Below are positions 1-14,050 of a DNA stretch of 64,000 bases, piece after piece (position 1 is the stretch's first letter; each line of letters opens with the position of its first letter). The translations under genes and the position numbers were made by a program. The stretch is from NCBI RefSeq assembly GCF_009914755.1, contig NC_060935.1; one strand, given 5' to 3'. A model generated the notes under the pieces. It worked only from the letters and a program-made list of their open reading frames with translations, made no database searches and had not been told where the DNA came from. This DNA is from the human T2T-CHM13v2.0 reference genome, Homo sapiens.

Positions 1-340
1 CACATGTAATAAATTACTTAATAGCAAAGGGACATTCATAAGGAAGATACAATAGGCTATATATATATATCTGTTAATGGATCTTCAACATGAATGAAGC
101 AAAATTTGACAAAATTGCAGGGTGAAAAAATATCCACAAATATGATTGGAAATTTTAGTACCTATCTGTCAGCAATTGATAGAACAACTAGACAGAAACT
201 GAGAGAAGACATGGAAAAGCTAAGCATAAGTATCCTATTAACTGCCTTTGTTGAATTGATACTTATAAAAATCAACATCCCCAAGGAGAGAATACACACT
301 TTTTTCATATTCATTATGATGGACTATATGCTGCACCATA
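1..340 (+). mobile_element. Old L1M ORF2 (endonuclease region) fragment
   Basis: Degenerate translation MKQNLTKLQGE...IGNFSTYLSAIDRTTRQK resembles the L1 endonuclease C-terminal part. Confidence 0.75.
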
Positions 341-344
341 CATG

Positions 345-1280
345 AAAATTGTTACTGTTCTTGTCTTTTTCCCTCTGTGTATAATGTGTCTTTTTCTCTG
401 GCTGCTTTCAAGATTTTCTCTTTATCACTTGTTTGATTACAATATGCCTTGGTGTAGTTGTCTTTACCTTTTATCCTGCGTGGGATTCCTTAGGCTTCTT
501 GGGTCTGTGGGTTTAGAGTTTACATTATATTTGGAAAATTTTCAACCATTGTTTCTTCAGATATTTTTCCTGTCCCCTTTGTATTGATCATCTTATGCTA
601 CATAAATATTTACCCCAAAACTTAGTGGCTTGAAACAATAAGCATATTATCTCACGCAGTGTTCTGTGGGTCAGAAATTTGGTAGAAGCTGAGCTGGGCA
701 CCCCTGGATCAAGGTCTCTCATAATAAGTTTACAATCAAAGTGTTGGGCTGCAGACATCTAAAAGTAATAGTTCTTTCCCAGATGGGCCTGTTTAGAGGG
801 CTGCTTGAGTGCTCTCATGACATGATGGAGGCTTCCCCAAGAATGAATGATTCAAGAGAGAATAAGACAGAAGCCACAATGTCTTTTATCGGCTTGCTTT
901 CCTTTCTAGGAGTTTGCTTTGGTCAAGTTGGTTGATTGTGTTAAGTTGTCTGTGTTCCTCTTAATTTTCTGTGGAGTTGTTCTGCCAGTTAGTGAGAGAG
1001 AAGTGTTAAAATCTTTGCCTAAAATTGTGGATTTTTACATTTCTTTTTTCAGTTTTGTCTGTTTTTGCTTAGTGTGTTTTGAAACACTCTTATTCATTGC
1101 GTACACATTTAGAATGGTTATATCTTGGTTAAGTGACTTTAGCATTATGAAACATCCCTCTTTATATCTTTTTCCGTCCTTTTACTTTAACCTATGTGTA
1201 TATGTGTATTTAAAGTGGATTTCTTGTATACAGCACATAGCTGGGTGTTGATCTTTTATTCAGCCTGACAACATCCATGC
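345..1280 (-). mobile_element. Antisense L1M fragments interrupted by an antisense MLT1 LTR (~580-890)
   Basis: T-rich L1 antisense text; tttaccccaaaacttagtggcttgaaacaa...gggtcagaaatttgg is typical of antisense MLT1. Confidence 0.65.
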
Positions 1281-2588
1281 AGAATTTTGATGGTGACTTA
1301 AACTTTCCTCTAAGTCAAAATTGCCACAATATGTTCTGTGTCACATTTTTTCAGGACTTCAGAGGATATGTCTCTCTAGAGGATGTGTCATCATTGCAAA
1401 TCCGTCCTCTGCAGTCAGCAGGGATGCTTCCATTTTATAGATGAGGGTATTGAGCTTCCACGAGGGGAGGTGAAGTACTTGAGTCCACTCCCACGGCCAC
1501 CAGAGGTTGAAGCACGACTCTCTGGCTCCTGGCCAGCCTTCCTTTTCCCATCACAGCTGCAGCTGTGGGGAAGGAGGATGATTCTGAACTGACCCTGTGG
1601 GTTGAGATGGAGACCTCCAGCTTCCTGGGAAGAGTTCTTCCTTCTTTGCAAAAATAAATGAATTGATATAGGCCATTTTGTATTCAAATTAGATTGGTCA
1701 GGGGCTATTTAAGCAACCACATCAGAAGGCTCATTTTCCCTTTTGACATTAAAGTGTCTTTTCCAGAAACTGTAGGAGGTGGGGTTTCCCTAGAATGAGT
1801 TGACAGCTTGTACCTATTGTTAAAAAAAGCAAAAAAAAGAAAAGCCTTGTACACCTCTTCCCACATCTTCAATGGTAACAGAATGAGCATAATCGAAAGA
1901 GGTTTGTGATGATTATTTTTTTTTTAAGAGAAAACACTCACAGCCTTCTGCCTGGTGTAAGGCTGAAATAGGGCAAAAGGGGAAACTGAGCATGAGCAGG
2001 GCATAGAATATCAAAGGCAGTAAGTCCTTTTGGCCACATCTGGACTCTTCTCCCATCCCACAGAAAACCTCCCCAGCCAGTCTGGAGGTGGGTGGATGGC
2101 GAGGGTCCCCTTTCATAGGTCACTTGATCCGCTCCTTGCCCACCCCTCCTGCCCACCCTCTGCCGGCTTAGGTTACCCCTGGAAACCACCCACATTTTTC
2201 ATCTGTCCAGAGAAATCAGGAGGGGACGAACACCTCTGTTGGGTTTTCCAATCAAACACTGGGGGAACGGAGCATTTTAATCCTCAAGAATCTCCCCACC
2301 AGCGAAGTGAACCCCTGAGAGGCACTGTGGATGTGCAAAGGCAAGCCCTGTCCCCGATGGCCCAGCACTAAGTGGTAGAGATGACATGGTCATGACAACA
2401 CCGAGGCTCAGGCATGAGAGGTGTGTCAGCCCCATCCTGGGACACTGCGACAGTGGGGACAAGGAAGACTGCTGGTCAGAAACAGGGTTCAGAGGCAGGC
2501 CCGACTGACATTGACAAAGCTCCTTTCATGTGCTGCTATAGGAGGCAGGTGGGCTCTGGGATCATTTGGCAGCTTGTACCTATTGTTA

Positions 2589-3157
<569 letters not shown>

Positions 3158-4529
3158 CTAGCCCATAACCTGCCCGGGGCACAGCAAGTGGTATGGCGAG
3201 AACAGACCAAGTTTTGGGTGCCGAATAAGGATGAGGTAAACCAGGGGCAGAGTTTTGGAATCTCAGCCCAAAGGAGTGGCCTGAGTCCAAGGCTGGGGGA
3301 GCATGCACCTGCTGGTTGCTGACACAGGTGATCCTGGCTGTGTTTTTGTTAAGACTGGCTTTGTCGTAGCTCCATGGATCTGGGCACAATCCAGAGATGT
3401 TGTCTTCTTGCACACTCATTTTACAGATGAAGAAATCAAGGCTTGGGGTAGTAGAGAACTTTCCAGAAGTACAGGGCAAGTTTGTGTCTAAGCAAAGCTG
3501 AGCCCTCTGCCCCCTTGTGGTGATCTCCTCAGCCCCGTTCTCATCCTTCCAGGGCAATAGTCTTTCCTTGGGAGTAAAGTTCAACCTCAGTTTGGCCCAG
3601 ACATTTGGCTTTTCCCAGTGGTGGCAGAATTTGTGGGATCAGTGTGTGTGTGTGGTGGGGGCAGGGCAGGGGGCTGAGTTAGGGAGCTTAGGGATGGGCA
3701 GCTTCTCCCACATCCATAAAATTGGGGCGTTTACCAATTCCCACAGCTGGTATAAATACCCTCCCTGGTGCTTAGCAAAGGCTGCTGGGAGTGGGGTTGC
3801 CCCTGCCCGACTCAGATTCTCTTAAAGACCCAGGAGAAACACTTGCATTGCAATGAGGTCTCTATGTCCTCAACCATTGGACTGAGCACCTCCGCATGGG
3901 AATGTCTGGAATTGCAGGTTTTGAAGGCCTAAATTAGGGCTGTGAATGATTTTCTTCAAAATTCAGGGGCCTGTGGGCATGGCCACAACCCTCACCTGGA
4001 TGCCTGTCCTCTGTTCACCCTCTGTTCTCTTTCCAGCAGAACATTCAGCCCAGCCTTGGGTGTCAGGCATGTGCCTGCCTCTCTGACCTCATCTGGTGGC
4101 CAGGCTGTGGGAAGGGAAAACTGGAGGAGTCTTTGGGGGCTGAGCCTCTGGGCATTTGTAGGAGGCACCACCAGGGTGTCAATGAAGATAATGACGCTGA
4201 AGCTCCAGGCCCTTCATTTGCATGGGCCCATCCCACAGTTCAGCGTGGGCTTCCCTGCCCCTACGCTGAAGGATGCTCCTTGACTGTGAGTGGGACTGTG
4301 GGCTGTGGCAACCTGGTAGGTGGACCTCATGGATCACTGACTCTCTCTCTTGGCTCCAAGGAGGAAGATGAAGCAGTCGCTGCTGCGCTTCCTGCTCAGG
4401 GCCATGGTGCCCAGGCTTTATGGCCATCTCTTCCCTCCAGGACCAGAGGGAATGAGGGCCTGGCTCAGTTGGCTTGGTTGCCCAACTGTGGTCATCAGGA
4501 GGGTGAATGATGTCAAAGAACTGGTGTCT

Positions 4530-5020
4530 CTTACAGATACCCTGCCCAGGCAAGAAATTGTAGAGGACATTTCAGATACGGCCTTGCCAATAACAACACA
4601 TGTAATTGAAAGAAATTTCCCTAAGACATCAAAAGTAAACAAACTGCTTTTAAACAAAACAAACAAACAAAAAACATGTGCTGGAGGACAGACTGAAGCA
4701 TTTTTTATTCGCTCTGTGGAAAATCATATTACGAAATCATTGTCATACAAATAAGCAATCAAAGAATATGCAGCCAAAAAAAATGTAGGAAAAGGGTATT
4801 ATAGAGGTGGCCGAGGCAGTTACTTACTTGTGGAATCATATGCTATTTTTCTGATTTGATACTTATGGTTTGTTCAGCTTTTTACAAATTTGTCATTTCT
4901 TTCTCATTCTAAATGATTTTTTTTTTTTTGCACTTTGTAGCTGTTAATTTGGTGTTATTTTTCTTAAATAAGCCCTCCAGATTGCATAACGTTTAGGCCC
5001 CCAAAGTCCAGACCACTCCA
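4530..5020 (+). mobile_element. hAT DNA transposon relic (MER63/Blackjack-like) with a decayed transposase C-terminus
   Basis: Translation LPITTHVIERNFPK...SVENHITKSLSYK*AIKEYAAKK resembles the hATC dimerisation domain; MER63-like terminus at ~4960-5020. Confidence 0.6.
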
Positions 5021-5789
5021 GTTCCCAGCCTCACCATTTGTTCAGAAATGAGCTGCTTGCTTCCTGCTTTCACTCAAGACCTTGGGTGAAAGCAGGAAGC
5101 AAGGCCGAGGCTGTGTATTATTGCACTTCCCGTAAGGGGGTCTGCTTGAAAGAATATTTCCCATCCTCCTAAAAGGAACAAAAGCTGTTGCAAGTATTGA
5201 ATTCCCTAGTCACAGGGTTTGTGGGGATCTGGGGTCCACACAGAGGCCTCTGGGGAGAGGAACAGAGGGAGGCAGAGGGGTGGGGGAAGGGCTCTGTGAG
5301 AGCTGGGTCAGACCAGATGGCAGAGCAGGTGGTCAGGTGAGAAGGGCCAGGGATATCCTCCCCTCCCACTTCCCTGGGGATCTCCAGGCCTTGCCCTTTC
5401 CCAGCTCAGGACAAGATGCCAGGGGAAGCTGGCCTTGTGTGGCACTACTAGCCCCAGTGAGGCTAACATGGGGGTATGCAGGCTGCTTTATGACAGCAGT
5501 GTCCTGATGTCTGGGGCATGTGAGCATCCTTGTGGTGTGTCCCCATGTGCACACATGCATGTGTGCCCACATGTGAGAAGGAGGTGGGGGCATTGCTGCC
5601 AGGAGATGGATCATGGGGAGAGAAAGAAACTCTTTTTACCAACTCTTGGAATCAGGCCTGTTCATACATGATGGCATTGCTGGATCTGGGGATGTGTCTG
5701 TAGATGAATTTCAAGGTCTCTCTTGGCTTAAAATTTCTAAGAATCCCAAGCAATTACCTTGCAGGAGAAATATGGGAAAAGCCCTTTTT

Positions 5790-6115
5790 TAGTCTGTCCA
5801 TTCATGCATCTTTTTATTCAATCACCTATCCGTTCACTGACTTAGGCATCCATCTACCCACTCACACATTCACCCATTCACTCATCCATCCAACCATTCA
5901 TCTACTCATCCAACCATTCATCTACCCATCCATTCAGTCATCCATTCACTTGCCCATTGACCCACCCATCCATCCATCCACCCATCCATCCAACCATCCA
6001 TCCACCCACCCATCCATCCATCCATCCACCCATCCATCCATCCATCCATCCATCCACCCACCCACCCATCCATCCATCCATCCATCCACCCATCCATCCA
6101 TCCATCCCCCCACTC
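5790..6115. repeat. (TCCA)n/(CCCA)n low-complexity tract
   Basis: Read directly; adjoins an antisense L2 3' end (~6115-6350). Confidence 0.95.
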
Positions 6116-6402
6116 AACTGATGCTCATTGAACCACACATTGTGCTGAAACATGCTCTGGCTGCTGAGTGTTGGGGACATAGGTGAGTCAGACATGGTCT
6201 TTACTCTGAGTCTTAGTGCCATTCTGAAGAAAGATCAGGGGAGAAACAATTGCAACAGGACAGGGTCCATGGTTTGGTTGAGGCCAGTGAAATGGGAACC
6301 CCAGGGAGCTCCTAACTCATCCTGAGATAGACCCAGGAGGAATTCACAGAGCAGCAGGCCAAGGGAGACAGCTCTGCTCAGCCTCTAGGGACAGATGAAG
6401 TA

Positions 6403-6892
6403 TGTGGCAGTCAGCTCCAAGTCCATGTTGGTCACCTGTTGGCATTCACACCCTTGTGTGGTGTCCTTCCACCTTGAGCCCAGGTTGGTCTGTATGATGG
6501 AGTCAGTGCAGCAGAGGTGACAGCATGTGTCTAGGCCATAAAAGGCATTAAGCTTCTGCTTTGGCCTCATGAATCCCTCTCTCTGAGGGAAACCAGCTGC
6601 TATGACATCAGGACACTCAAGAGGCACATTGGCGGGGAACTGAGGATTCCTACCAGCAGCCAGCACTCACTAGCCATGAGGGAGCTGCTTTGGAAGCAGA
6701 TCCTCTGGCCTGGTCAAACCTCCAGAGGACTACCCCTCCAGCTGACATCTGCTTGTATCTTCATGAGAGACCCTCAGCCAGCACTGCCTAGCCCAGCCCT
6801 GTGATCCACAGAAACTGTGAGAGTAGCAAATGTCTATTGTTTAACCCTCCATGATGGGGGAATTTGTTACACAGCAATGAATAACTGATACA
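6403..6892 (+). mobile_element. MLT1 (F/H-like) MaLR solo LTR
   Basis: TG...CA ends; gaactgagg, cacagaaactgtgaga, ttgttacacagcaatgaataactgataca. Confidence 0.75.
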
Positions 6893-7346
6893 TGGGGCAT
6901 GGAGGGAAACCTGGCGATGCCCTGGTGCAGTCCCCATGGGGGTGAGGTGGAAGGGATGTAGCTTGGGAGGGCCTTCCCTGCTGAGTTGGGGACCTCACCC
7001 CTCAGCCTCTGGGCCCTGTGGAGCCATGGCAAGCTGATGCATGATAAGCTTTTGTTTAATGAAGGTCACTCTGTACAGGGGGTCGTTCACTCCAGGAAGC
7101 TATCCTTGACCACCTCCCTGTATCAGGCCGGGCTGCCTGCCTTTATAGGATCCCCAAGCCCTGAACTTGCCCTGCACTGCACCTGTTATTAGTCAATATT
7201 GTGATGGTCCAGCTGACTATATGTCCCCACTACTGGACTATGTGCTTGGGGTGAAGTGTTAGTGTAGACAGGGCAGTAAATATGTCTGTCTTGCTCACGG
7301 TGTAACCCCAGTACCATGTATAGGACCTGCTATGCAGTACGGACTT

Positions 7347-7715
7347 TGATATGATTTGGCTCTGTGTCCCCACCCAACTTTCATCTGGAATTATAATCCC
7401 CATGTGTCGAGGGAGGGACCAGGTGGGAGGTGATTGGATCGTGAAGGCAGTTTCCCCCATGCCGTTCTTGTGATAGTGAGTGCGTTCTCATGAGCTCTGA
7501 TGGTTTTATAAGGCAGTCTTCCCTGCTCTTGCTAGCTCTCTCTTTCCTGCTGCCATGTGAAGAAGGTCTTTGCCTCCCCTTCACCTTCTGCCATGATTGT
7601 AAGTTTCCTGAGGCCTCCCCAACCATGCAGAACTATGAGTCAATTAAGCTTTTTTCTTCATAAATTACCCAGTCTCGGGAAGTTCTTTATAGTAATGTGA
7701 AAACAGACTAATACA
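7347..7715 (+). mobile_element. THE1D-like MaLR solo LTR
   Basis: tgatatgatttggctctgtgtccccaccc...gactaataca; perfect 5-bp TSD GACTT (7342-7346, 7716-7720). Confidence 0.92.
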
Positions 7716-9335
7716 GACTTTTTACATGTTACTGAGCAGACACAGGATGAGTTACAATCTGATGGGCCCTCTGGGCTGTAGGGCAAGAGTCTCTGGCATC
7801 CTCATTTTACAGCTGTGACCCAGGAGGGAGGATCTCCTACACTGGGCAACTGCAGCTTCCAGCCCTGCAGGCTGTGACTCCTCTTGGATCTCATCCCCAA
7901 TCCCTGGACTTTCCTCCTCTGCACCACCCACCTTGACACCCATCTGGCTGCCACGAGTAGTTTCCATCAGAGCCAGAGTTTGGGTGAAAGGAGTTTCCAG
8001 AAGGTGTCCCCTACTCATTCAGTAGATATTCACTCAGGGCCCACTGTCCTGGAGAAACAAAGAAGTGAGTGCTAGGAAGAGAGATTAACTAGGATGAGGG
8101 GCTGGGGGTGTCTGGGGGTGGGTGTGGGGGCTGTCTGAGTCATGGTGTCAGGGCGTGCTGTACTGACAAGGGGCATTTGAATAGATCCCTGAGAAATGTC
8201 TGAGAGTGAGCCCTGTTGGTACCTGGGGAGGAGTGCTCCTGGCTACGGCAGCCACAGTGTGTGCAAAGGCCCTGAGGCAGGAGTTTGCTTGGTGTGTTGG
8301 AGGAGCAGCAAGGGGATCAGTGTGGCTGCAGCAGAGTGAGTGCAACCGAGAGCTGATGAGGTCAGGAGGTGGGGGCCAGGCAGGCCAGGGAGGGCCTCGT
8401 GATGTGGCTGGAGAAGGTGAAGTGCTTGTTCCTGGCCTGGGAGCTTATCTCAACGGTTCCTATGCTCCCAGCTCTCTGACATTGGCCCACGGCAGCCCCA
8501 GAATGGATGCTTTGCAACATCTAACAGTTTGGGGGCTAAAATTAGGTGCCAAGCTGGGTTAGGGCCAGCAGAATGCCACTACATATGCTTGGCATCTGCA
8601 TGGCAAGGGGAAAATGTTGCTGCTGCCTCTTGTCCATGTTGCTGTACCTCAGCGACTTCCAGAGTAAAATTCAACGTCTGCGGCCTGGAGTTGGAGGCTC
8701 TTCTGTGTCTAGTCCCAGCTTGTGTTTCCAGCCTGAGCCCACCTTGCAGGCTGAACTTCCCCTCCCCTCCAAGCTGTGAGCTGAGGTCCAGGCTACTGCC
8801 TCCCTCTTCCTAAAATGCTCTTTCTGGCTACCTTGCCTGTTCTCCCCCTTGGAGTCTGAGCTCAAGGGCACCTGCTCCGTGACGCTTCCCTACACCCCAG
8901 CCCAACAGGTGGCGGGTCTTTTTTCTGCCGCGCAGCTCCCGCCGCACACTGGTTTCTTCTGGCTTGTATTGTTTCTGATGAGATGTCTTCATCATTCTTA
9001 TCTTTGTCTCCCTGTAAGTAATGTGTAGTTTTTTGCTACTTTATTGAGGTATAATTTATATCCTGTCAAGTTAATGCTTTTGAGTGTATACTTCTGTGAG
9101 TTCTGACAAACACACACAGTTGTTTAATTACCTGCACAGTCAAGATACAGAATGTTTCCATCACCCCTGAGGGTGCCTCATTCCCACCCTCAACTCCTAG
9201 AAACCACTTAATATTAGTCTGTTGGGGCTGCTACAAAGAAGACCATAGACCAGGGGCTTTAAACAACAGACATTTATTTTTGCTCGTTCTGGAGGCTAAA
9301 AGTCCAAGATCAATGTGTGATTAGGGTTGGTTTCT

Positions 9336-10019
<684 letters not shown>

Positions 10020-10341
10020 AAGATTGTGTCTTAATTCAACACTGTGTACCTTTCATGTTGTGCAGTGCCAGGCATGTTGCTGTGTTTGTTTATTACTTGT
10101 AATTTACTAGATTCTTCTATTTCTTGACCTTCTGGAATTGAACACAATCAATTGCTATTAGTTATTTATTTATTTGCTTTTTTATTGTTTTCTTAAGCTT
10201 GTGAGGTCTTTAGGTGAGAGTGGGAAGGGAGTGGCTTCCAACACACGAAACATCCAAGGAAGAAGTCAGAGTTCCATGTATAAAACCTAAAGAAATGGCT
10301 TCTTTTTCTATTTTAAGCAAGGTAGTGGAGATGTTCTGTTC

Positions 10342-10660
10342 TGAAGGTTGCAGTCAACACTATCACAAGGTACAGGGACAGGCTGGAGAATTCCTTTCTA
10401 TCAAAGTCTTAGACCAGTAGAGTTAGCACTAAGAGGAATGCAACCCATTCATTTTACTGATGAGGAGACAGAAGGTCAAGGTGGACCATGGTGGGGTTTC
10501 ACTCAACATTCTGGATTCCCCATCCTGATAGTTCCTTCTGTATCACAGATCCTAGCTTACAATACAAAGTCCAATTTTTCAAAAAGGCATGTAATTAAAA
10601 AAAAGTCCCAACACTCAGGTGTCTGACCCCTGATTCCTCATTTCTTCCTGTGTGCCGAGA
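10342..10660 (+). repeat. Left arm of a ~315-bp inverted duplication
   Basis: Reverse complement of 11521-11835; ~93% identity by manual alignment. Confidence 0.95.
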
Positions 10661-11069
10661 TGCCTTTGGCAGACCTAGGGGGAGCTTCTCCCCACTCTAT
10701 GGGGAAAGGAGCACCAGCTCCTTCCTCCTCTGGGTCCCCTCAAGGAGGCCAAAATGCCCATCATGACCCTGATATTTTTCTCCCCACTCCTCTGGAACCT
10801 CACTTCCTCATCCCAGGTGGTACCTGGGTTTCTAATGCCCCAAACATTCATAAATTTAACACATATTTATTGAGAACGTACTGTATACTAGCCCCTTGTT
10901 AGGTACTGTGACTACAGCAGCCAGCAAGACAGTCTGGGACCCAGGCCTGCTCATACATTCACTCTTTCCTCTTCACTAGGGTCTGGGAGAGAGCTTTGGG
11001 ATCGAGACTCAGCCCAAGGTAAGTCCTGGACGGTACTCAGCCCTGATGTGGACCTTGTGGATATTTTTT

Positions 11070-11892
11070 AAAAAATTATTTAAATATTTTTTATTTACAG
11101 AGTGATTGAACAGATCGTACATAGAGTTCCATATACCTCCCACCCTCTCTGTTTCCCCTATTACTAACATCCTGCATTGGTGTGGTATGCTTGTTACAAT
11201 CGATGAGCCAGTATTGATACATTACTGAGTCCTAATTTTTTTACTAGGATAATCACTAAAATCCATATTTAGGTTAGAGTTCACTCTTTGTGTTGTACAA
11301 TCCGTGGGTTTTGAAAAATGCATAATGACATCCATCCACCATGATAGTATCAAACAGAAGACCTCCACTGCCCTAGAGACCCTTGATGCTCCTCCTGTTC
11401 CTCCCTCCCTTCTAACCCCTGGCAACCATTGCTGTCTTTACTGTCTCCACGGTTTGGCCCTTTCTAGAACATCACAGAGTGGAAACCATGCGGTGGGGAG
11501 CCTTTTCAGATTGGCTTCTTTCTCGGCTCACAGGAAGAAATGATGAATTGGGGATCAGACACCTGAGAGTTGGGATTTTTTTTTTAATTACATGCCTTTT
11601 TGAAAAACTGGACTTTGTATTTATAAGCTAGGATCTGTGATACAGAAGGAACCATCGGGATGGGGAATCCAGAATGTTGAGTCAAACCCCACCGTGGTCC
11701 ACCTTGACCTTCTGTCTCCTCATCAGTAAAATGAATGGGTTGCATTCCTCTTAGTGCTAACTCTACCTAAGACTTTGATGGAGAGGAATTCTCCAACCTG
11801 TCCCTGTACCTCGTGATAGTGTTGATTTCACTTCACACTCCTCCATGTCTTGTTGCAGCTTGCCGGCTCATTTCTTCTTATTCCTGAATAAC
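11070..11892 (-). mobile_element. L1MC 3' region (antisense), split by the inverted duplication
   Basis: gtttgttacaatcgatgagccagtattgatacattac-like text; cttttcagattggcttcttt | ctccatgtcttgttgcagcttg. Confidence 0.75.
11521..11835 (-). repeat. Right arm of the inverted duplication, inserted in an L1MC
   Basis: Matches the left arm; L1MC text resumes after 11835. Confidence 0.95.
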
Positions 11893-12860
11893 GTGGGAGT
11901 CTTCTCTACAGATCCTCCCAGGTGGTTCCACGGGGGAGCTGAGTGGAGCTTCTGTGATCTAGTGACCTAGTCCCCAGCATGGAGTGCTCGGAAGTGCCCT
12001 CCTTGAACATGTAAACATCCCACCAAGTTGCCTCCCTTCTCTTGCTATTTTGATGTAGCTTTCTTTTCAATGGTCTTATTTCTGGGTCTAGCCCCCAGAC
12101 ACACTTTCCACCCCATGTCCTAACCTACACTCTGCAGCACATCGCACCTGTGCAGGGTGATCGGTGATTGCAGGCCTGGGTCCACGTCTCTGCTCTGCTT
12201 CTTGCTGGCCACGAGGCTGCGTGCTCCTTACTGGCCCCTGCGTGCTCATCTGTACAGTGTGCAGGAGCAGGAGCATCTGCCGGCAGACTTCTTGTGAGAT
12301 TCTAGTTCTGAGGCCTCCAGACGGCGTGGGTGCACCGCCTGAGTCCTGCTGCATTCTGTCTGCTGCAGACCCAAGCCTGGTTCCTGCGTGGGGTCCCTCA
12401 CGGGTGGTGTGTGTTTCACAGGGCAGCAGGGAGCCAAGGGGCTGGGGCTGCCCGTGGGGAGTGTGTGAATCAAAGGAGCAGACCGCAGCTGGAGCCACCT
12501 CGCCTGGATTCCTGAACGCAGACTCTTGACAGACCGATTGTGTAACGGCATTCCTCCCAAGGAAACACGCCTGCCCCCTCCAAGAAGGTGCGAGAGCTTC
12601 CCAGACACAGAAAGGGCCCTGCTGGGTAAATCAGTTCTTCATTATTCCGTTCCCGAGGCTCTCCTATTGGCCAAGTGCCCGGCACCAGCAGACGTCTGCC
12701 CGCACGGGGTCGGTCCGCATGGGGTCGGTCCGCACGCAGCTGACGCTGAGGCTCAGGTAGTCTCTTTGGTCCCACTAAGCGGAGGATGCATTCAAAAGGA
12801 TGCAAATTTCCATCCATTTCCTGTCCCCCCTGCCTGGGATAAGGGGCCTGTTGTGGCTGT

Positions 12861-13085
12861 GCAAGCTGGCTTTCTGGTATCTAAATACTTCTCTGGTGAG
12901 GACACACCTGTTCACATCTGCCTGCACACCACAGGCAAGCTGGCTTTCTGGTATCTAAATACTCCTCTGGTGAGGACACACCTGTTCATATCCTGCCTGC
13001 ACACCACAGGCAAGCTGGCTTTCTGGTATCTAAATACTTCTCTGGTGAGGACACACCTGTTCACGTCCTGCCTGCACACCACAGG
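12861..13085. repeat. 75-bp tandem repeat, 3 near-identical copies
   Basis: Units start at 12861, 12935 and 13010 (gcaagctggctttctggtatctaaatac...acaccacag). Confidence 0.97.
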
Positions 13086-13849
13086 TGGGGTTTATTGTGT
13101 GGGGCTGGGATTTGGCCAGCCGACTTCTGGAACTCATTGTTTATCTCTCCATCACTGCAACAAATAACCCCCAGACCCGGAAATGCCACCTTCGACTAAG
13201 GCCTCAGTGTGGGGTCATCAAAAATGGCAAGCTGGCCAGCCCCGAGGTGGGTGAGGACCAGTGCAGGCCTTGTCCTCTTGGAGTCAGGTAGGGCTGCTAC
13301 TGGCAGGTGGCATGAGGTCTCTACCGCCTCCGAATGACCCCGCACCCCTTCTCCTTTCCTTTCTGCCCCTCCCTTTTTCATTCAGGATGGAGGCAGAAGA
13401 GGTGCTGAGTCTGGAACCCATGGCTGCTGCGGACGAGGAGCTGGGTGATGCTTGCCTGGGCACCGTATCGCTCTCATCCTGTTTTCTCGCCTGTGAAATG
13501 GGAATGGCGCTCATGCTTCTCTGTGGGATGCTGGGAAAGGAACATGAGGGCGTCCATGGAAGTGTTTGAGGCATGCCTGCTCCAGGGGGAAGCTCCAGAA
13601 ATGACACCTATGATCTCCCAGCTGTGTTCCCTTTAAGTTAACAAACACTCGTCTGGTCTGGGGCTGGGGTACAGCGATGAGGATGACCTGGTCCGAGCCC
13701 CAGGAATGTGGGCCGTAGGAAGGGCATGGGCATGAAAGACGTGCTCAGGGGACCCCTTCCAGGTGTCACCAAAGAGCCCTGGGTTGTGGTGTCGGCGGGA
13801 GCAGGGCAGGTGGGAGGCGGTGGGGGTGGGCAAGGTCTCGGACGCCAGA

Positions 13850-14050
13850 TGCCTGGGTTCACAGCCCAGGCCTGCCTGTTACCAGCTGTGTGATTTCACC
13901 TTTCTGAACCTCAGCTTCCCCAAATGTGAAATGGAGTCGATGCTGATAGCAGCTTCTCCTGGGGTTGTTGTGAGGCTGAAACGAGTATTTGCACAATACA
14001 CAAATACTTGATGCCTGGCAAAAGGTATCTAAGTGTGTTAAATATGTAGC
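13850..14050 (+). mobile_element. MIR
   Basis: cctcagcttccccaaatgtgaaatgg...gttgttgtgaggctgaaacgag. Confidence 0.7.

Noticed and set aside
3751-3758. TATAAATA with a nearby CCAAT
   Set aside because: No downstream exon or ORF I can support; the motif alone is insufficient.
12861-13085. CRISPR-like appearance of this and the 57.1-kb direct repeats
   Set aside because: Head-to-tail units with no unique spacers, no cas genes, human context.
12526-13167. 213-aa ORF with an internal 25-aa repeat
   Set aside because: TTG start, no homology I recognise, and its length is inflated by the 75-bp tandem repeat.
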